From Lama glama (Eukaryota), in NCBI GenBank assembly GCA_028534125.1, contig CM052816.1, positions 21,392,001-21,456,000 on the forward strand: a DNA stretch of 64,000 nucleotides. The letters are read 5' to 3'. Positions 11,834 to 23,989 of the stretch are shown here, one piece after another (within the stretch, counting starts at the first letter, position 1; each line of letters begins with the position of its first letter). The notes beneath the pieces were generated by a model. The model was not told the DNA's origin, made no database searches, and saw nothing but the letters and a program-made list of their open reading frames with translations. Position numbers and translations under genes: made by a program.

Positions 11834-11956
11834 CACTGTCACCGTGTGCCGTTAGTAGCACTCTCCCTGACTGGCGCATCCCAGTGGAAATTGTGCCAGA
11901 CAGCACGAGTGACCTGTACAACTTCCAGGTGTCACCCATGCCCTCCACCTCTGAAG
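11834..11956 (+). CDS. IRF1: IRF1 exon 7: [40 protein letters not shown](A)
   Basis: Acceptor CCTGAAG, donor GTTAGT; 123 nt. Confidence 0.97.
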
Positions 11957-12275
11957 GTTAGTGCTGCTGGGGCCTGGCCTGCTGGCCTGTTTGGATCCTG
12001 GGAGGGGTTTCCTGAAGGAGAAAAATGCTCAGAACTCCACCTGGCACTGAGCTGACTATGGTGGGCTGGAGAGAAGAGGGAAGAGGTGTGGCTTCAGGGT
12101 TCAAGAGGCGAGTCACCAGGAACATGTCCTGTTCTGGAATCTCCATGGCAGGCAGATGTCTGCAGGAGACCAGAGTGTGTATATGCACAAGTAAATGGGC
12201 AGGAGGACGTGGTGAGGTTGGCACTGCAGAGTGAGCCTGGCTGACCACCAGCCAACTTCTGTTCCTTATCCACAG

Positions 12276-12325
12276 CCGCAACAGATGAGGACGAGGAAGG
12301 GAAATTAACTGAGGACATCATGAAG
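12276..12325 (+). CDS. IRF1: IRF1 exon 8: ATDEDEEGKLTEDIMK
   Basis: Acceptor CCACAG, donor GTAAAG; 50 nt. Confidence 0.97.
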
Positions 12326-13180
12326 GTAAAGCCCCTTCCTTCCTCCATGGGTGCTTTTCTGAGGTGGCTGCTGCTCAGTGAGGGGAGAGAACCAGTGAGA
12401 ACTTCCCAGTTGGAGGGTAGGCAGCTGCTGCTGCTGTGACCTGTCTGCTTGCATAGTCCTACTAGTGCCACATCCATGTGGCTAGGGACCACTGACCTTC
12501 TTGGCTGGTGGGACAGTCACTGTGGAAGTGAGGACAGGAGGGAGGCCTGGTTCCTGACATGCCTCCCTAGAGCAGGCCTCAGGCCCTCAGACAGCTCTGA
12601 GTCAGACACCGGGTTCCTGGCCTGTGTCCTCCACCCCAACATGTCCCAGCCCTGTTAGTTCGGGAAATGCACATCAGGTTTCAATAATCAGCCTTTGGGA
12701 TCTGTAATATGATGGCTTTTTTTTTTTTTAAAGCAAATTATCCTCCAGGTTTTTTTCTGCTTCAGTTTTTAAAATGAAGGTAAAAACTTCTGTAGTGGTT
12801 GTACCCAGGCTCTGTCCATCAGCACAGAAAATGAAGATATGGGCTTAATTCCTATCTCTAGCTTTTCTAGGCATCTTTTCTTGACTTAATATGTTAACCA
12901 TTGCTTTAAGCCACACTCCCTGTTGGTATGTCCTTACTCAGTTAAGAAGGAAGTCTTGGAAATTCTATGCCAGAGGGTAGATGTGGGAGTGTGGGTCCAG
13001 GGCAGACCCTCACCTCCAAGGATCCCATCCTAACTGCACTCCATGTGTGCATCCATCTGAGAATGTGAAAATGGCCAAGGATGTTATCCTGGCTGGGAAG
13101 CTTTGGCTCATTGAGGGCAGGGCCAGAGGGTGAGTCTGTACTGGAAGTGAGCTGATTGCTTCTTGTTTCTCTTTCGCCAG

Positions 13181-13316
13181 CTCTTGGAGCAGTCAGGATG
13201 GCAGCAGACAAATGTGGATGGGAAGGGGTACCTGCTCAATGAACCTGGGGCCCAACCCACCTCTGTCTATGGAGACTTCAACTGCAAGGAAGAGCCAGAA
13301 GTTGACAGCCCTGGGG
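13181..13316 (+). CDS. IRF1: IRF1 exon 9: LLEQSGWQQTNVDGKGYLLNEPGAQPTSVYGDFNCKEEPEVDSPG(G)
   Basis: Acceptor TTTCGCCAG, donor GTAAG; 136 nt. Confidence 0.98.
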
Positions 13317-13620
13317 GTAAGAAGCCCCTGGATCCATATGGCTTCCCAGAAAAGGAAAAACAATGTGGGGGGCGGGGAAGGCTGTGGAGCAAGATCAGAG
13401 AGCAGCAGAGGTAAAGCATCCTTCTTAAATTTATCTGGGTACAGCTTGCAAATTGGCTGCTGCTCCCAGGCCCTCATGTTTGCCTAAAGATGTGGCTCCC
13501 GTGGGGTGGAAAGCAGAGGCTGCTGTGTCTGTGGTCTTCAAGGATAGAGCTGGAGGGTTGGGGGAGAATGGATCTGCCTCCCACCCTCAATCCTCACACA
13601 ACCTTCTTCATGTCTTCTAG

Positions 13621-13733
13621 GGTATATTGGGCTGATATCTTCAGATCTGAAGAACATGGACACCAGCTGGCTGGACAGCCTGCTGCCCCCAGTCAGGCTG
13701 CCCTCCATCCAGGCCATTCCTTGTGCACCATAG
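13621..13733 (+). CDS. IRF1: IRF1 exon 10 coding part: YIGLISSDLKNMDTSWLDSLLPPVRLPSIQAIPCAP*
   Basis: Acceptor TCTTCTAG ends 13620; TAG at 13731-13733; C-terminal LDSLL (LxxLL) motif. Confidence 0.98.
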
Positions 13734-14610
13734 GTGGGCCCCTGGCCCCCTTTAACTCCTCTAGGCGAGCAGGACCTGGCATCATGGTGGCTGTGGTTCA
13801 GAGAAGCAGGACTTCTGTGGCTCCTTGATATGGCAAAGTGTGACTCCATTGCCAAACAGGGATGGGGCTTTCCTCTTTGGAACAGTGGCCTCTGGGGGCC
13901 TAGCAGGCCAGGGTCTGGGCTCCTCTTGTGGGGTAAAGCTGGCCCTGCCTCCTGGGAAGATGGCGTTCTGAGACTGATGTGTCAGGTAGAGGTCTCAAGA
14001 CAGGAGTCAGCCTCCAGCTCTTCCCTCTGAGCCCAGCTCCTGGAAAGGGTCTTGCTATCACTGGGTTGGCCCGAGGGAACAGATCAGTGACCTCAGAAAA
14101 GCACAGCACCAACCCCAGGGCTGGCTCTGCACTAAGACAATTGCACTAAGTGATTCCTGTTCCAAAGAACCACCTCCCTTCCTAGCTGAGCCCTGGGGAC
14201 TATTCCAAAGCCAGTGAAATGTGAAGGAGGAGTGGGGTCCTGCGGGACGGTGCCCCCTCTGCCTCAGAGGAGCTCTGCCCTCTGCTTGGATTGAGGGGCT
14301 TGTGAAAAAACATGGCACTTTTTCTTGTGGACCTTGCCACATTTCTGATCAGAGGTGTACACTAATGTTTCCCCCAAGCTCTTGGCCTTTGCATTTATTT
14401 ATAGAGTGCCTTGCCCTGCACCCACCTGCCCCCTCAGGCAGGCCACGGCAGCCCCTTAGCAGCCCCAGGGAGGCAAGTGTGAGCACCTTGGTGTAACTTT
14501 TAAAATTGGAAACGTCATCTGATCACTAAGTCATGTGTGACCACACATGTACATGTGTGTAAATATGTACATTTATCTTTTTATAAAAAGCTAATTGTTT
14601 ATAAGGGGTG
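13734..14610 (+). other. IRF1: IRF1 3' UTR (proximal isoform; end approximate)
   Basis: Follows the stop codon. Has ATTTATTTA at 14393-14401, repeated TGTA motifs and a TATAAA variant signal at 14582-14587 followed by GT/T-rich sequence. Confidence 0.7.
14582..14587 (+). terminator. Candidate non-canonical polyadenylation signal TATAAA
   Basis: I saw no AATAAA in the proximal 3' UTR. TATAAA has several TGTA (CFIm) motifs upstream and GGGGTGTGGCCTTTT downstream. Confidence 0.5.
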
Positions 14611-15044
14611 TGGCCTTTTATTTAGAGATAAATTATAGATGATTTTACTTTCTGTAGACACATTCTGATGGACTCATTGTTGGCACCCTGCCTGAGATTG
14701 GTGCCATTGCTCAAGGTGAGCAGTGATGTGCACCTATTGCAAAATCCTTTCGATTGTATTCATGGAGAAGATGGCAGGAGAATGGGCAGTCATGGCACAG
14801 GGACATGCTCATGTAAATATAGTCACTTGCCCTTGGCTTTATAGCCAGGGCTGTGAGTTGAATTTGGGCTCCTGGGACCTGGGGAGTGTTAGGTTTTGAG
14901 TTCTTGGGAATGTGCCATAGACTCTGATGTCTTGCTAAACTCAAATGAAAGTGTACTCAGCTGCTACTCCAAAAAGTTAACAATTGGTACAGCATAGTCA
15001 CACGCAATCAGAACAGACACCAGCACAAAAAAGGTCCCTGAGGC

Positions 15045-15243
15045 CTGCTGTGCTAAGCATTACCTCAGTGACCGGAATGTTCTCTCTCTGCGCTACTACA
15101 GTAAGCAATGACAGTCACATGTGCTAACGGAGCCTTTGAAATGTAGCCAGTGCAATGGAAGAACTGAATTTTGAAAATTATTGTATTAGTTAAAATTTAA
15201 ACAGCCACACGTGGCCAGTGACTGCCATATTGGACAGTACAGG
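15045..15243. mobile_element. MER3-like hAT-Charlie MITE
   Basis: TTGAAATGTAGCCAGTG...AACTGAATTTT...AGCCACACGTGGCCAGTGACTGCCATATTGGACAG resembles the MER3 consensus. Confidence 0.75.
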
Positions 15244-18139
15244 TAGATACTGCAGTGGGAGCAGATCTGAGCGGGAGGAGCTGGGGAGGCTGGAGGACAC
15301 TGGGGACAGGGGCTTTGGGCTATTAACCTGCCCATTCAAGAGTAGTGAACTGTTTTGACAGCCAACAATAACTGGTGCTGAATACCAGCCTACAGTGTGC
15401 TGTGAAGCAGGTCCACGCACAAATCTGTTAGGAAAAACTTGGATGACCTTACATGAAGCAGGCTTCCTTCTTCCACGTCTTTTCAGGGTTCTGGCTGGTA
15501 TACTGCATACAGAATCTCTGTAAAGCGGTATATTTCATCAGAACAGTATTTCTGAATACTAGGTTGGGAGTCACTGATGTATGGCAACAAAGGGTTTCCG
15601 ATAAGGCCCAAGTCATAGGAGTATCTGAGAGGGAAAGGTCTGGAAATGGGCTTTTCTCATCTCCCTCCACAGTCTGTGGCCCTGGGGCTAAACTGCAGCA
15701 CCTACAGTAGGCAGGCTGGCCAAGGGAGGCCAACTGGCACCATGAGCACCATCCAGGAAAGGAGGCCATGGCAGTGAGGCGCTTGCTCTGGGAAACCAAG
15801 CCCTGTGGACATTTCTCCCATATTCTCAGTCCCAGGAACCACGTGGACTGTGACCCCCACCTCTTTGGGCCCAGCCCTCTGGAAGGAGTGTGGGAGAGGG
15901 AAGGCTGAGTGGGAAAATAATGAAAAAACTGGGAAATGGGTAAAGTTCAGTCAGGTGTTGGTCTGCCACGCTCAGGAAGTATTGTTTCCTGATCTCGGAC
16001 ATGCTGTGTGAATGGCAGGTGTCCTCTTGCTGGGTGGGCATCCTACATGTGGATACCTGGACAGATTCCAATCTCAAGCCCTGTGCATTGGAAAGTCCAC
16101 CTGGATTTTTCAAGAGTAGCATCACCTGGGCACAGAAGGGGAGGGATAAGATGACCTTTCCCAGCTCCTCCAGGGCCCAGCCCTTACTGAGAATTGAATT
16201 GAGGTGGCCAGCCTTCTATGGCTTCTAACTGGGGTCTTCTAATGGGTGGCTTTTCCAGCTAGTGATGGCTGGTGATGGTGTGAACCCAGGAAGAATGGAC
16301 CTGGGAGGGATGCAACCCAGAACAAACAGCGAGGACTGCTTCTGACTTCTTTACTCTCCTCTTGTCCTTCAACCGGATCCCAAAGAGAGTAGGCAGTGGA
16401 TATGTTGAAGTCCCAGGCAGATAAGGAAATCTCTCAAGTTCTAATATGCAAAACTCATCACTCCTAAGTTATCAAAATGGGAGAGGAATTCCATCAATGA
16501 GCTCCCAGTCACCAGGGCCAAGATGGAATCCTGGCCTCCAGCTCTCCCTACCCCAGGCATCCTAAACAACAGGGACCATCTCCTTGGAATGTCCAGGAAG
16601 TGATCCTAAAACTCTACCCATCCCCATCACAAGGGAGCCAGGTCCTAGGAACCAGACCTGGAAGAGTAGTCTGGGATAGAGCGAGACTTTCCAGGATGGT
16701 GACCTGGCCCATCACACCCTACCATGGACCTCAGCCCATGTCTAGCAGGAGAAATAGTAAAGTCCAACTGCTCACCTAAGGATGATGGCAGCTGACACTA
16801 ACTTATTAGCCAAACAGTGCCTGAAATGGAGCAATATCAGTAAGTATAATCTGTGTCAAATTTGGGTATAATAATTTAAGGTCATTCTAAGGAATTGCCA
16901 ATGCTTTTGTGGCTCATTCCCAAGACTCAGTTTAAGTGCTAACGGTAGGAGCTCTTGGCTGAGGGAGCTAGGTAGGAGCTCATCGAAAGATCTGTTTTGT
17001 TGGGGTTGTGATGACCTCATTGTCATGAAGGACCACTTTCCAGTGGGGTATACTGGCAAAGTGGGGCTCAGTCGCAACAGCTAGAACTCCTGCCAAGTCT
17101 ATATATGTTCAAGGGCATTTCTGGTTAGTCAAAGGAGTTTCCTTGCCTTACTTCAAAGATGTCACTTTAATTGGGCTGTTATTCATTCACCTCATTCATT
17201 GGCAATAGGAAGAAAGCTAGATAGCTGCCCATACCAAGGCTCATGGTGGAAGAAGACCTTTAGAGAAGACAGATGCAAACCATACCCTCTTGATACATCA
17301 GTTTTCAACATCTCAGTGCACTGTGTGCAAGATAAATGCTTTCTCAGATCTCTCTGGAAGTCCGGGGTAGGGACTGCCAAAGACAGAACTGAAGTCCTGG
17401 AAAAAGTTCTGGGCCTGGTTGGAGGTGGAGTCCTTTCCTCTGGGAGTGGTGCCCCTTGGCTAGCAGGGCTAGGTAATGCCCAGGCTGTCATACTCTGGGA
17501 CCATTTGATCTTTCACACTGTTTGCACAAATCCAAAATCCTTGCACTAGTGAGGTACGGGATTCCTCAGCAGCCCTGTTGGAGCACCCAGGAAGCTTCTG
17601 TCTGTTAGCCGTAATGCCCTTTCTTAATGTGGGCACAACTAACCCTTCATCACGAGGATGTGTGAAATTCACCTGAACTCTGCACTAACCTTTCCCCACT
17701 TGTGCCAGCAGTCATGGGGGCAGAGGCTTGCAGGGAGAATAGTGAGCTCGTGCACTCCCTTTTCCAGGAGTCAAAGTACTGGGCAGAGTGAGACTTAGTC
17801 AGCCAGGGCTCCCTTGTGAGGTCAAGTCTAAGGCAGCACAAGGGCATAGCTGGCTGGCAACATGGTTTTCCTAGCTCAAGGCAGCTACCAAGAGACCCGT
17901 TTCTGCTGCTTTCCTGGGAATGAGGAGTTGTAGAAGAACACTCGCTTCCGCAGGCTTAATGTGAGGCAGGACTAGGGAGTCTATGCTGTTTAATTTCAAC
18001 TGGAGAGATACTAGAGGCAGTCAGTAGGCAAGAATATGGGAACTGAGTACAAGGGGAGAGACACAGTCACCCACAGCACCACCTCATCCAGCTCCATGAG
18101 CTCAGAAAGGAGTAGAACTGGAAAGGACCTCACGGGTAA

Positions 18140-18350
18140 TGACAATATAGCCTTGAGTGCTCAATTCGCACTGGCAGCTGTGCCAAGCACCCTGTATGCA
18201 CCACAGCACTGGCACCACGACCACAGTCCCTGTTCACGGACCCGGAAATGAAAGCTCAACTGGCTTACAGTGCTTGCCCAGGATGATTCAGCTAATCAGT
18301 ATGGGGCCTGGACTCCAATCCACATCTGTCCATGCCCAGAACCCAGACTG
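18140..18350 (-). mobile_element. MIR SINE (diverged)
   Basis: GTGCCAAGCACCCTG...GGAAATGAAAGCTCA...GTGCTTGCCCAGG...CAGCTAATCAGT follows the MIR layout. Confidence 0.55.
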
Positions 18351-20940
18351 GTTCCACAATGTCAAGCTACCAAAAGAAGAAGAAACTGAGACCTGGGGAG
18401 GAAATATGGAAGAGCTCACCTCTGGCCGCAAGCACCTCATGCCAAAAAAGCATTTGGGAACACCAAGGGAAGGCAGCAAAACTGCAGCTTCTCTGGATAC
18501 TATGTGGGACTCCACCCTTGCTTTCAGCTCCCTGCCCCCACCTCAGGCAACATGGCTCTGCTGCTTCAGGCCCCAGGGCCCCACTGAAGTGATGTTTGGC
18601 TTGGTCCTCAGAGGGAGTGATACACCGCAAATGCCCTGGAGGCCACCTGCAGTTCAAGGGGTGGGGCCCCCGGGGGGTGGGACACAGACAGGCCTGTAAC
18701 TTGGCCTCAGTGCAGGGGGCAGCTTAGCCATGCAAGTCTGTTTATGAACCGGCTCCCAGCTCCAGGGGACTCTGGCCTGCTAGGCCTTATCTCAGCTCTA
18801 GGGATCAAAGAGGACTTTTCAGCTAAGTTTCTGTCTGAGCAAGGCTACCAGAGCTCTCTTACTCTCCTGCTTTAAACCAGACCCTTTGTTGGGTCCTGGG
18901 GTCCTCAGAGTCTGGACTCTGGGTGACGATATGAGCCAGGGCCACTCAAGGGTGCATCCTAACTCACAGCCACAAGGCTGGAGCCACTTTCTTCCTGTTT
19001 TGAATCTAATTTTGGCTTCTTGGTCCCTGAGAAAACCCAGCACCCCTGGAAACTGGCTGGTTGCTGCTTATATTAGATGGGCTCTCAGACTCACTGGCAG
19101 GCTTCCTTCAGGGAAGGCCTCTCCTGTCCCCTAGACCCCACTGGGCGCTTCTCACTTCCATTTCTAGCCATATGCCTTGGATTGGTCTGGGTTCTCTGTT
19201 CCTGCCTTCCCCTTTTCCTTAACAGCCAGCTGGATGTGGGGTGTCTGGTTGTACTACCAACTTCTCCCTCACACTTTCAATCCTGAATCGGCTTAGAATT
19301 AGGGCAGGTGCAGTGAGTTCTTCCACAGCAGTTAAAACATATTCAGCCACACCTTTGCTCAGACAGGCGAAGGGATATGCTTGGGATCACACAGTTCAGG
19401 AGCAAATTAAGTGGCCCAGGCCACGTGAGTCCTGGGGTGGTGGTGGGGGAACTGTGTGCCAGGCTTGTCTGAAAAAGCTGATTTCATGGAACAAGGAAGT
19501 TGTGTGGTTGTGTGGACACGGAGTTGGTGTTTGGGGATCTGGGGTGGACGGGGAGGGAGGGAGTCATTTGGCCAGAATAGCAATTACTTTCCTTAAAACT
19601 GAGAACAAGTCCAAGAAGTCTTTTCAAGTCGCCCACATAAGGGTGATGGTGAACTTGGGTGGGGGCTGCTATCCTTGACTTTGGGAGGTGAAGGGTGGCT
19701 GCCTCTGCTGGGGACTCAGGGCTCCCCTCTTAGTGCTCCTTCTGGGCTTGCCAGAGTGAGCGATAAACTTCTACTGTGAGAAACTGGCATCTCCATATAG
19801 GTGTGTGGGGTGGGGTATGGCAGAGGAGGGCCTGAAGGGGTGTCCAACTTTCTAAGACTCAGAATAGCATGGCGACCATTCATCACCACCCTTCTGTCAT
19901 GAACTGGCAAGCAGCCAAAGTTCTCCTCCCAGGAGACCATCTGCCCCTACTTGGGGAGCCTGCTTCAGGTCACTCAGGAGGACCTCACTTTTGGTCTCTG
20001 GCCAGACTAAGACATGCCATGTTGCCCAGGGGCCCTCCTGTTACTGATGGCTCACACAGGTAAAGCCTCACAGGCCAGTGCCTGTCCCCTTCCTATCTGC
20101 TACTCCCCAGGTACCCAACCTCTCCAACCAGACTGGAAGCTCCCCAGAGGCAAGCAGCTCATCTCCTCCACATTCTCACTAAAGGAGCCCCTGCTCAGGC
20201 AGGACTGGCGCTTGAGAACAACTCTTGCAAAACGCTGGGTCAGCAAAGCCCTGCAGTCAGCATCTACTCACCTGCTCTGTCCACTGCCCACCTGGCTTGA
20301 GTCCTTCCCTGGGGGACAAGCCAGGCTGGACTCTGGGGTGCTGGCAGTAGGCTGAGAGACAGGGAGGGCACAGAATGGTACTAGTTCTGCCCCTGCTGTA
20401 GAGCCCTGAGTAGAACAGACCGTGACCAACCAGTAGCTAAAGGCCCCAGAATAAGGGCCAATGTGTCCCACAGCATGCAGCACAACCCATCCATGCCCCT
20501 CAGCAGGACTGCTGGAGATGGAAGGCTGAGTCATTAATTACTTTCTTTTATTAAAAATGTACACAAGGAACATGGTTTAATTGTAAGAGTAAGAAATACA
20601 GATGAGTAAATAGAAACATTAATTGAAGCCACCTGCAGTACACCATCCAAAAGTAATCAGGCTGTTAAATGTTTAGAGACAAGATGCAAACACAATTTTC
20701 CATTCCTCTGTGATATGTTTAGGAGCTCTGTCCCATGCAGACATAGGCATGGTCTCAAGAGTGATACCTTTGCTGGAATTGCTGTAAACAGGAGTCTACA
20801 CTTCCCTAGCACTTGCCTGGGGCTCTTCCTCAGCCCACAGATACCGTGCAGAGGTTGGCATCCAAGGGTCCAAAGGGCTGGCCATGAGGATTGCAGAGGT
20901 AATCTAGAGTAGATTAAGAGGAGCAAAGGGCCTTAAAGGC

Positions 20941-21052
20941 AGGATGACAAACTGTCCCAGTTTGCTCAGGACTGAGGAATTTCCTGGGATGCGGGATTTT
21001 CAGTGCTAAAACTCATGAAGTCCTGGGCAAACTGGGGTGAGTTGGTCAGCCC
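20941..21052. mobile_element. MER81/MER94-like hAT-Blackjack MITE
   Basis: About 112 bp with inverted ends (AGGATGACAAACTGTCCCAGTTTGCTCAGGAC ... GTCCTGGGCAAACTGGGGTGAGTTGGTCAGCCC) and central TTTTCAGTGCTAAAA. Confidence 0.8.
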
Positions 21053-21713
21053 ACTTGGGGGGCCAAAGGCCTTGTCCAGCTTCTCCCTCCATGCACTGCC
21101 CACAGTCCCTCCTGCTGGGTCTTAGATCCCTCAGGACCTCAGCAGGCAGCCCAGGGACAGGGGCTCCACAGGGGCCCCCACAAGGTTCTAGCCTGAGGGC
21201 CAGGGAAGGAGTGGGGAAAGGGAATGAGTAAAGGCTGAGAGGCAGTCATACTGAGAAAAGGGGCCAGGTGAACTCTGGCTGTCAAGGGCAGCCAGAGATG
21301 TAGAGGTGGAGGGGCTCCAATCCTTGGCTGCCTGCCCCTCTAGCCCTGGAGCTACCCTTAGACCTCAGTGTCTGAATCCTCAGAGGCTAGGCTCTGGCTC
21401 CAGTCCTTGGAAGCCCTTGAGTCTCTTGGTGGGAGGTCCTCAGTCCCCAGGGCTTCCCACAGCCCTGCTGCATCCAGCCTTGAATCCCTCTCTCCCATGT
21501 CCACACCCCCTGATGCTTTCTGCCGAGCCACCCTCTATCTAAGACTGGGAGCAGAGGATGGGAAAAGAGGAGTCCAGGACAGGATGAGCAGAGTAAGGAG
21601 CAGGGCAGGTGGGAGGGGATCTAGACCTCTCTAACAATGGTGGGCACATCTTGACTGTGGTCTGGCCCAGCCTCCTGTCTAGGCCTAAGAATGGGGCCCT
21701 GGGAGAACCAAGA

Positions 21714-22205
21714 TGAATAGGCAGAATAACGGTCTACGGTGGAATAGAGATGTCTACATCCTAATGCATGGGATCTGTGAATATGTTACATGGCAATGGG
21801 GAATTAAGGTTGCTAACCAGCTCACCTTAAAATAAAGAGACTATTCTGGATTACCTGGATGGGTCCAATGTAATCACAAGGGCCCTTAAATGAAGGAGGC
21901 AGAGAAGAGTCAGAACCAGAGAGAGACAGTCTTATGTGAAAGACTTGACCAACTGTTGTTGGCTTTGAAGATGGAGGAAGGGGCCACAAGGCAAGGAATG
22001 CAGGTGGCCTCTAAAAGCTGGAAAGAGCAAGGAAGCAGATTTTCTACTAGAGCCCCCAGAAAGGAATGCAGCCCTGCTGACACCTTGAATTTAATTCAGT
22101 AAGACCTATTTTGCACTTCTGACCTACAGAACAGTAAGATAATAAATCTCTGTTGTTTTAAGCTGCTTAGTTTACAGAAATTTGTTACAGCAGCAATACT
22201 GGGAA
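21714..22205 (+). mobile_element. MLT1D-like ERVL-MaLR solo LTR
   Basis: GGCAGAATAA...AATGTAATCACAAGGG...GCTTTGAAGATGGAGG...CAGCCCTGCTGACACCTTGA...AATAAAT...TTTGTTACAGCAGCAA. Confidence 0.88.
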
Positions 22206-22599
22206 ACCACCTGAGGGATGCTCAAAATCCACTGGTTACAGTCAGTCTCATAGAGCCCCAGTTTCTCTCTGAAAGACCCTATTCTGTACTGGGAGACACT
22301 GTGACTCTGGAGCCCTGGGCAAGGAACGGGCCTCCACGACTTGGGTGAGTCTAGAAGGGTGCCCCAAGAACAGTGCCTCTGCTGAACGTGTCTACAGGAA
22401 ACAGCTGCCTCCTTGAGCCGCTCCCCAAGTCTCCAATGGTGCTGGCTCTGAGGTGTTCTGTGCCACTTCCATACACCCTTAATACTCACAGCTCTCTCAG
22501 TCCTTGGCCTCACTACGGGGAATTCAGTTTAGCTTAGGAAAAGCTAGGACTAGAGAGAAAAAGGGTTAGAGGAAAAAAATCACTAACGTGGATGTCAGA

Positions 22600-22800
22600 C
22601 AGCTCTTCATAAAATCCCTGCTCTGTGACTTACTAGTTGTGTGACCTCAAATAAGGCACTAAATCTCTTGTAGCCTGTCATCTGTACAATGGGTATACCA
22701 GTTTTTGTCTTGCCTGCCTCACAGGGTGTGTGATTCTCGAGTAAGATAACACATGAGAAAATGTTGTGCTGCACAGACTGAGATGCTGTTATTAATAAGC
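22600..22800 (+). mobile_element. MIR SINE
   Basis: ACTTACTAGTTGTGTGACCT...TCATCTGTACAATGGG...CCTCACAGGGT. Confidence 0.7.
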
Positions 22801-23989
22801 AATAACGATCACAATGCCACAGGCTTCTGCGGAGTGGATGCTCACACACCCTGGGTCAGGGAAGGAAGGGCGAGTGCAGACTTATCAGCTCTGCCCTGCC
22901 CACAGACAGGAGGCTGCAGCCTGGCCAGGAGAGAAGAGAAAGACTTGTCTTTTTCTGAGCCACTGCCTTAGAGCTCACACCAGACGTGAGACAGAGACAC
23001 CCTGCAGCCCGCAGGATGTCCTCCCAACCACCACAGGCTGAGGCTTTGTGTGCTTTTTTTTCCCTAAAAAAAAAAAGGTTTTCTACGGTTTCTTTTGCAT
23101 AAAAAACACTCCCTTCTTCTTATAAAAATACTCACAATTTGACAGGGAAAAGGTGGAACATGAAACTATACACAATACAACTCCAATCTAATGAATATAT
23201 AATTTTATATGTGAGATACCTACTGGAAGATATGCATCAGAATACTAATGGTAATTATCTTTGGTTGGTAGAACTGTGGGTGATTATATTTTCTTTTTAC
23301 TTCTGTAACTTAAAAATGCTCTACAATGACCTATAACTACTTTTACAGTTAGAAAAAAAATATGAAAAGTACCAGGGACTTCCTTTTGTGGGACCACAAA
23401 CTGGACTAGGGGAGTCATTTGAGCTGGGGTCTGCACAGGTGGCAGTCCTGACCCTAGTCCTTGCTGTGGGACCTCGAAGACTCATTACTTTCCTCCCTGG
23501 TCTCTGTTGGCCTGGTGAGACAGAATGCTGGACAAGATGCTCTTCATGATTCTCTACAGCTCAATAATTGAAGTATTCACCTTAGTCTCATCCATTCCTG
23601 CTCCATGCCCAGCTTCCAGTGGCTTCTGTGTTTCTGGAGAACTCCTTGCCACTTCCCTCACCAGTTTTGTTTCTCCCAGACCTGCCCAGAGAGTTGCTGC
23701 CTCCTGGCATTTGCCTACATCACCGTTTGCACTTCTCAGAGCCCTGCCCTTCCTTGGAGAACAAAGCCTGGCCAAATCCTGGGCAGCGTGCTGGCCTGCA
23801 TGACCTCTGTTTCCCTCTAACTAGTACATAACAATAGCTACTGTTTATTGACTGTTTACTTCGGGGAACACAGCAAAAGTGCCCTCATTTAATCCTAGGC
23901 CACCAGCAGCTGCATAGTCTAAAATTTGAACAGCTTCCCCTGGAGTTGTGCAGTATAGTGATCCTATTAGATCCTCTCTTGCCTCTGAG

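Larger units (their letters stand above)
7458..14610 (+). other. IRF1: IRF1 gene (interferon regulatory factor 1), 10 exons, spliced CDS 8736..13733 = 322 aa; TSS and 3' end approximate
   Basis: Coding exon lengths 87+100+177+50+133+123+50+136+113 = 969 nt give an open frame from [13 protein letters not shown] to SIQAIPCAP*. It has the five-Trp IRF DNA-binding domain, and all introns are GT-AG. Confidence 0.99.
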
